A stretch of DNA of 64,000 nucleotides from Candidatus Dormiibacterota bacterium (GTDB taxonomy: Bacteria > Chloroflexota > Dormibacteria > Aeolococcales > Aeolococcaceae), in assembly GCA_963709585.1 (NCBI GenBank), contig CAVPXI010000006.1, positions 32,001 to 96,000 of the forward strand, read 5' to 3'. The notes beneath the pieces were generated by a model. That model had not been told where the DNA came from. It made no database searches and worked only from the letters and a program-made list of their open reading frames with translations. Positions within the stretch are counted from its first letter, which is position 1; the number at the start of each line of letters is the position of its first letter. Positions 58,896 to 64,000 of this stretch are shown one piece after another. The position numbers were made by a program, and so were the translations under genes.

Positions 58896-60060
58896 GGACG
58901 AGGGTGGCCTCTCCCTGCGCGATGCCGCTGCAGATCCCGACGGCTCCATATCCGCCGCCGCGCCGGCGGAGTTCGTAGAGCAGCGTCATGAGAATCCGCG
59001 CGCCACTGGCGCCGATCGGGTGCCCGACCGCGATCGCGCCGCCATTGACGTTGACGCGGTCCGGATCCACCTCGAGCATCCGCGTGCTCGTGATCGCCAC
59101 CGCCGCAAACGCCTCGTTGATCTCCACCACCTCGAGCCTGCCCGTATCGACCGCCCCGCGAGTCTTAGCAAGCGCGGCTTCGACGGCGAGCGCGGGCACC
59201 GTTGCCAGGTACGGGTGCTCCGCGGCCGATTCCCCGTAGGTGAGCCAGGTTCCGAGTGGCGCAAGCCCCTCGGCGCGGGCCCGTTCCGCACTCATGAGCA
59301 GGACGGCGGTGGCGCCGTCATTCATCCCGGGTGCGTTGCCGGCGGTGACGGTGGTGCCGTCGCCGAAAGCGCCTCGGAGCGCGACGAGCTTCTCGATGGT
59401 TGTGTCGGCGCGGGGTTGTTCATCACCTCCGACAGAGGAGCCGTTCACGCTCACCGGGACGATCTCGTCGGCGAACCAGCCTGCCGCGAGCGCCGCCTGG
59501 TAACGCATCTGCGAGCGAAGCGCCCACGCATCCTGCTCCTCACGCGTGACCCCGAGCTCCGACGCGACATCGCTCCCGTGCACGCCCATCAGCACGCCGT
59601 CCACGGGACAGCAGAGTCCGTCGCGCATCATGCTGTCGACGGCGATCCGATCCCCGAAGCGGCTGCCGAAGCGCTGGTCCTCGAGCAGGTACGGAGAGCG
59701 CGACATCGACTCCATACCGCCGGCCACGACCACGTCCGCCTCGCCGGAGCGGATGAGCAGCGCACCGAGGTTCACCGCTTTCAGCGCGCTCGCACAGACC
59801 TTGTTCACGGTGAAGGACGACACGCTCGCCGGAAGCCCGGCGCGCAATCCCGCCTGGCGCGATGGCACCTGTCCCTGTCCGGCGGCGAGCACCATCCCCA
59901 TGATCAGCTGATCCACCGCACTGGGATCGGTGCCTGTCCGCTCGAGGACCTCTCGAATGACCCGCGCGCCGAGGTCGACCGCCGGCACCGATGCGAGCCC
60001 GCCGCCGAGCTTGCCGAAGGGTGTGCGCGCCGCCGCGACGATCACCGCATCAGTCGCCAC
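58885..60060 (-). CDS. Acetyl-CoA C-acetyltransferase (thiolase)
   Basis: RTPFG, NKVCAS, GGMESMS, NEAFA, GHPIGASGAR, ICSG. Confidence 0.95.
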   Translation of the reverse strand: MATDAVIVAAARTPFGKLGGGLASVPAVDLGARVIREVLERTGTDPSAVDQLIMGMVLAAGQGQVPSRQAGLRAGLPASVSSFTVNKVCASALKAVNLGALLIRSGEADVVVAGGMESMSRSPYLLEDQRFGSRFGDRIAVDSMMRDGLCCPVDGVLMGVHGSDVASELGVTREEQDAWALRSQMRYQAALAAGWFADEIVPVSVNGSSVGGDEQPRADTTIEKLVALRGAFGDGTTVTAGNAPGMNDGATAVLLMSAERARAEGLAPLGTWLTYGESAAEHPYLATVPALAVEAALAKTRGAVDTGRLEVVEINEAFAAVAITSTRMLEVDPDRVNVNGGAIAVGHPIGASGARILMTLLYELRRRGGGYGAVGICSGIAQGEATLVRVD

Positions 60061-61228
60061 GATCGCCCTCCAGAACCTCGAACGGGCGGAGCAGGTGCCG
60101 CGCGATCAGGATGCGCTGCACCTCGCTGGTTCCCTCGCCGATCTCGTTGATCTTGACGTCGCGATAGAGGCGGGCAACCGGTGACTCCTCCATGAAGCCC
60201 ATGCCTCCGTGGATCTGGACTGCCTGGTTGGCGCACGCAGTGGCGACTTCGGATGCGTGCAGCTTCGCCATCGATGCATACGGCACGGGGCTGCGACCCG
60301 CATCGATCGCTGCGGCCGCGCGCCAGGTCATGATCCGAGCCAGTTCGATCTGCGTCCCCATGTCGGCGAGCTTGAACTGGGTCCCCTGGAAGGTCGCAAT
60401 CGGCACGCCGAACTGGCGTCGCGCCGCCGAGTACGCCAGCGAGGCATCAAGGCAGGCCTGGGCGACGCCGACCGACAGCGCCGCGATGGCGACGCGGCCG
60501 CTCTCGAGTATCTGCAGGAATTGAGTCAATCCCTGGCCGGGGGTGCCAACCAGGTTGTCGAGCGGAACCCGGCAATCCTCGAAGATCAACTCTCGCGTAT
60601 CGGACGCGTGCCATCCGAGCTTGCGGTACTTGGGAGCCTGCGAGTACCCGACGGTCCCCCGCTCGACAGCGACGGTGCTGATCTGCTTGTGGCCGTTATG
60701 GGAGCCTGTGACGGCGGTGATGGTCACCCCCGCGCTGATGTCGGTCCCCGCGTTGGTGATGAACGCCTTGCGGCCGTTGATGACCCATTGATCGCCGTCG
60801 CGGACTGCGCGCGTCTGTGTGGCGGCGGCGTCCGAACCGGCGTCGGGCTCGGTGAGCCCGAACGCCCACAGCCGCTCTCCGGCCATGAGCGGCGCGAGCC
60901 AGCGCTGCTGCTGTTCTCGGGAGCCGAACTGGACGATCGGCGAGATCCCCAGCGAGACCGCCGCCTCGAGCGTGATCGCGCAACTCGCGTCGGCTCGAGC
61001 GATCTCCTCCATGGCGAGGCAATACGAGATGAAATCGCCTCCGGCTCCGCCGATGTCCTCGGGAAACGGGAGCGCGAACAGGCCGAGCCTGGCCATCCCG
61101 GCGACGAGGTCGTAGGGAAACTCCCCTGTCTCGTCGTAATGGGCAGCCGCCGGCGCGATCTCCGCCTGGGCGAAGTCGCGAACCACGTCGCGAATGTGAC
61201 GTTGCTCGTCAGTGAGATCGAAGTTCAC
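60050..61228 (-). CDS. Acyl-CoA dehydrogenase (branched/short chain)
   Basis: GLTEPDAGSD, KAFITN, KLGW.ASDT, RRQFG, IHGG.GF, EIGEGTSEVQR. Confidence 0.93.
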   Translation of the reverse strand: MNFDLTDEQRHIRDVVRDFAQAEIAPAAAHYDETGEFPYDLVAGMARLGLFALPFPEDIGGAGGDFISYCLAMEEIARADASCAITLEAAVSLGISPIVQFGSREQQQRWLAPLMAGERLWAFGLTEPDAGSDAAATQTRAVRDGDQWVINGRKAFITNAGTDISAGVTITAVTGSHNGHKQISTVAVERGTVGYSQAPKYRKLGWHASDTRELIFEDCRVPLDNLVGTPGQGLTQFLQILESGRVAIAALSVGVAQACLDASLAYSAARRQFGVPIATFQGTQFKLADMGTQIELARIMTWRAAAAIDAGRSPVPYASMAKLHASEVATACANQAVQIHGGMGFMEESPVARLYRDVKINEIGEGTSEVQRILIARHLLRPFEVLEGDRGD

Positions 61229-61284
61229 TCCAACCTAACGGTAGCGCGGCGGGATGGGCTGCAGGCAGGGCGGGGCACGCGCCC

Positions 61285-62169
61285 TCAGCGGGGGTTGGTG
61301 CCCAGCCTCGCCGCAGTCAGGCGCACGACGTCCTCGATGGTGTCGGCAATCTGCGCACCGGCGGCCGTGAGCGCGTCGAGCTTGTTCTGTGCACTGCCGG
61401 TGGTGCCGCTGATGATCGCGCCGGCGTGGCCCATGCGTTTGCCGGGCGGCGCGGTGCGTCCGGAGATGAACGCGATCACCGGCTTGTCGAAACCCGTGTC
61501 GCGAATCCATGCTGCGGCGGTCTCCTCGTCGGAACCACCGATCTCGCCGATGAGCACGACCGCGCGTGTCTCCGGGTCGTCGGCGAAACGCTGGAGGACG
61601 TCCGGAAAGCTGAGGCCCATCACTGGGTCGCCGCCGATGCCGACCGAAGTGGTCTGGCCCATCCCCGCCTCGCCGAGACCCTGGATCACCTCGTAGGTCA
61701 GCGTCCCGCTGCGGCCGACGATCCCCACAGGGCCGGGCGTGTTGATGTGGTTGGGGATGATGCCGACCTTGCACTGATCAGGGGTCACGATTCCGGGGCA
61801 GTTGGCTCCGAGCAATTGGTGGCCGCTGCGAATCACGAAATCGCGCGCGCGGATCATGTCGTGCACCGGGATCAACTCGGTGATGCAGACGGTCAGCTCG
61901 ATCCCCGCCGCCGCCAACTCCATGATCGCGTCCGCCGCGAATGCCGGCGGCACGAAGATTCCCGAGACATCCGCCCCGGTTGCGGCGACAGCATCGGCGA
62001 CCGTGTCGAAGATCGGCACCCCATCCTGGTCGGTACCGCCCTTGCCAGGAGAGACACCCGCGACGATGTTGGTCCCAAAGGCGCGCATCTGTCCCGTGTG
62101 GAAGCTGCCTTCGCGCCCGGTAATGCCCTGGATGAGCACGCGGCTGGATCCGTCGACAAGCACGCTCAC
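61285..62169 (-). CDS. sucD: Succinyl-CoA synthetase alpha subunit
   Basis: [34 protein letters not shown] (phospho-His). Confidence 0.96.
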   Translation of the reverse strand: MSVLVDGSSRVLIQGITGREGSFHTGQMRAFGTNIVAGVSPGKGGTDQDGVPIFDTVADAVAATGADVSGIFVPPAFAADAIMELAAAGIELTVCITELIPVHDMIRARDFVIRSGHQLLGANCPGIVTPDQCKVGIIPNHINTPGPVGIVGRSGTLTYEVIQGLGEAGMGQTTSVGIGGDPVMGLSFPDVLQRFADDPETRAVVLIGEIGGSDEETAAAWIRDTGFDKPVIAFISGRTAPPGKRMGHAGAIISGTTGSAQNKLDALTAAGAQIADTIEDVVRLTAARLGTNPR

Positions 62170-62239
62170 GACGGGTCCCCGATGGGGAGGTCAGCGGCAC
62201 GAACAGAGGTGGCAGCGCCGCAGCCCACGACGCGCCCCC

Positions 62240-62367
62240 CGGTGGGGAGGGTGTGGGCGGAGGCGGGCCATCTCGCAGCCGGGGCTACCCCCCCCGGCGA
62301 GAGTGAGGGGCGGAACGGCGAAGGCGTTCCGACCCCGTGCCCGCCGTAGCCCACACCCTCCCCGCCG
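62240..62367. repeat. About 128-bp branched palindromic element between sucC and sucD
   Basis: Outer arms GGTGGGGAGGGTGTGGGC / GCCCACACCCTCCCCGCC, then GGCGGGC/GCCCGCC, and two inner hairpins TCTCGCAGCCGGGG..CCCCGGCGAGA and GGGGCGGAACG..CGTTCCGACCCC. Confidence 0.85.
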
Positions 62368-62389
62368 CGCTCAGCGCCCCCACCGCAGT

Positions 62390-63580
62390 TCATGCGCTCC
62401 CCTCCCGCCGCGTCAGCGCGACGATGGTCTCGGCCGCACCGGTCGCGGTCGTAGCCGGGACGATGCCGGCCGCCTCGAGCAACCGCCGTCCCTCCTCTTC
62501 CATGGTGCCGGTCATGCGCACCACCAGCGGCTTGGTGATGTGCAGCTGGTCCCGCGCGGCTATGATCCCGCGGGCGACCTCGTCGCCACGAGTGATGCCG
62601 CCGAAGATGTTGATGAAGACACCGCGCACCTTCGGGTCGAGGAGCACCATCTCGAGCGCGTTGCGCACCCGCTCGGCGTTGGCGCCGCCGCCGATGTCGA
62701 GGAAGTCGGCGGGCTCGCCCCCGTGTTGTTTGACGAGGTCGAGCGTGTTCATGGTCAGGCCGGCGCCGTTGCCGATGCAGCCGATGTCCCCGTCGAGGTG
62801 CACGTAGGTGAGCCCGCGCTTACGCGCCTCGACCTCGAATGGATCGTCGCCACTGCGACCGTCCTCGCCGGTCTCGTCGCGAGCGAGCTCTTCGGCGATG
62901 TCCTTGTGCCGCGAGTCGGCGTTCTCGTCGATCTCGAGCTTGCCGTCTGCGGCGACGAGCATGCCGTCCGGCGTGAGCACAAGCGGGTTGATCTCGCACG
63001 TCAACGCATCGAGCGACGTCGCGACCTCGTAGAGACGAGTGGTCAGGATCACGAGTGTGCTCACCAGCTTGGGCACCCGGTCGCGAAGCTCGGGCGCGTG
63101 CGCGAGCCCCGCAAACGCCAGCTGGCGGATCTCATACGGGTGCGGCCCGGCGAACGGATCGGGCCACAGCTTGGCGATCCGTTCGGGCGCATCCACGGCG
63201 ACCTGCTCGATCTCCATCCCGCCCGCGGCCGAGAAGATGATCACCAGGCGGCGGCGATCGCGGTCGAGCGTGATCCCGAGGTAGAGCTCGGCGTCGATGG
63301 TGAGCCCGGTCTCGCACCAGACGCTCCGCACCGGGTAGCCGCGAATGTCCATGGCCAGAATCCGCGCGGCTTCGCGCTGCGCCTCCTCGGGGGTATCGAC
63401 GACGGCGATGCCACCCGCCTTGCCTCGTCCGCCGATCGGCACCTGTGCCTTGATTGCGACGCGACCGAGCTCGCGAGCGGCCGCCGCCGCCTCCTCAGGG
63501 GTCCGCGCCAGCCGGCCCGACGGGACCGCGATCCCGGCCGTTGCGAATCGCTGCTTCGCCTGGTACTCCAAGAGCTTCAT
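62390..63580 (-). CDS. sucC: Succinyl-CoA synthetase beta subunit
   Basis: LLEYQAK, KAQV..GGRGKAGG, EINPL, GNGAGL, FLDIGGG, NIFGGI. Confidence 0.96.
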   Translation of the reverse strand: MKLLEYQAKQRFATAGIAVPSGRLARTPEEAAAAARELGRVAIKAQVPIGGRGKAGGIAVVDTPEEAQREAARILAMDIRGYPVRSVWCETGLTIDAELYLGITLDRDRRRLVIIFSAAGGMEIEQVAVDAPERIAKLWPDPFAGPHPYEIRQLAFAGLAHAPELRDRVPKLVSTLVILTTRLYEVATSLDALTCEINPLVLTPDGMLVAADGKLEIDENADSRHKDIAEELARDETGEDGRSGDDPFEVEARKRGLTYVHLDGDIGCIGNGAGLTMNTLDLVKQHGGEPADFLDIGGGANAERVRNALEMVLLDPKVRGVFINIFGGITRGDEVARGIIAARDQLHITKPLVVRMTGTMEEEGRRLLEAAGIVPATTATGAAETIVALTRREGSA

Positions 63581-63596
63581 CGGCGGGCCTGATGGC

Positions 63597-64000
63597 TCAT
63601 CGACGAGGAGCGACGCGGTCCAGCTCCTCCAGGTCGGCCGCGCTCGGGCGCCACCGTCCGGCGCGAGCGTTGGCGCGCACCTGTTCCGGTGATGTCGCGC
63701 CGGCGATCACCGAGACGACCTGTGGCTGGGCGGCGAGGCCGCCGATGGCGACGTCGAGCAAGGACATATCGCGCTCGCGCGCGAAGTCCTCCAGTGCCTC
63801 GACGATGTCGAAGTTGCTGTCGGTCAGCCATCGCGACGCTCCGGCTCCCGGCGCGGTGGCGAGACGGGTGCCCGGAACCGGCGGCAGGCCGCGGCGATGC
63901 TTCCCGGTGAGCAATCCGTTGGCAAGCGGCGTGTACGGAATCATCCCGACGTCGAAGTGGGCGCATGCGGGGATGACAGCCTCCTCGACGGACCGATCGA
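63597..64000 (-). CDS. Aldo/keto reductase (partial, C-terminal part)
   Basis: GMIPYTPLANGLLTGK, SVIAGATSPEQV..N. Confidence 0.85.
   Translation of the reverse strand, partial: DRSVEEAVIPACAHFDVGMIPYTPLANGLLTGKHRRGLPPVPGTRLATAPGAGASRWLTDSNFDIVEALEDFARERDMSLLDVAIGGLAAQPQVVSVIAGATSPEQVRANARAGRWRPSAADLEELDRVAPRR

Noticed and set aside
62170-62393. N-terminal extension of SucD through the palindrome
   Set aside because: In-frame stop at 62191-62193 in the sucD frame

Overview
High-GC chromosomal segment, almost entirely coding. It is probably from a monoderm soil bacterium of the Dormibacterota/Chloroflexota/Actinobacteria type, inferred from the LCP proteins, pervasive leaderless promoters and gene content. 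It contains: a Wzm/Wzt surface-glycan locus with two methyltransferases; gdhA; an amino-sugar/flippase operon; apt-ahcY-M16 peptidase; a histone-H1-like protein; an odd tRNA-Lys followed by a small accessory island; a plant-AMT2-like ammonium transporter; a PyrR-controlled pyrB-pyrR-pyrC-carAB-pyrK-pyrD operon; a polyphosphate/Pho cluster; meaB plus an isobutyryl-CoA-type mutase; two LCP genes around a PPi-type pfk; and an acyl-CoA catabolic/sucCD operon. Three signals stand out. (1) Two ~128-bp G/C-armed palindromic elements are read through by ORFs: one forms the in-frame linker of a single-polypeptide CarA-CarB fusion, the other lies in a 75-aa ORF stop/start-coupled to both sucC and sucD. 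(2) About eight frameshifts occur in otherwise intact genes, and four of them can be repaired by removing a duplicated A of GANTC, which suggests methylation-linked sequencing errors. (3) The H1-like protein has an acidic head, an SH3-like core and a long basic tail. All calls come from reading the sequence and motif recall; no database searches were run.
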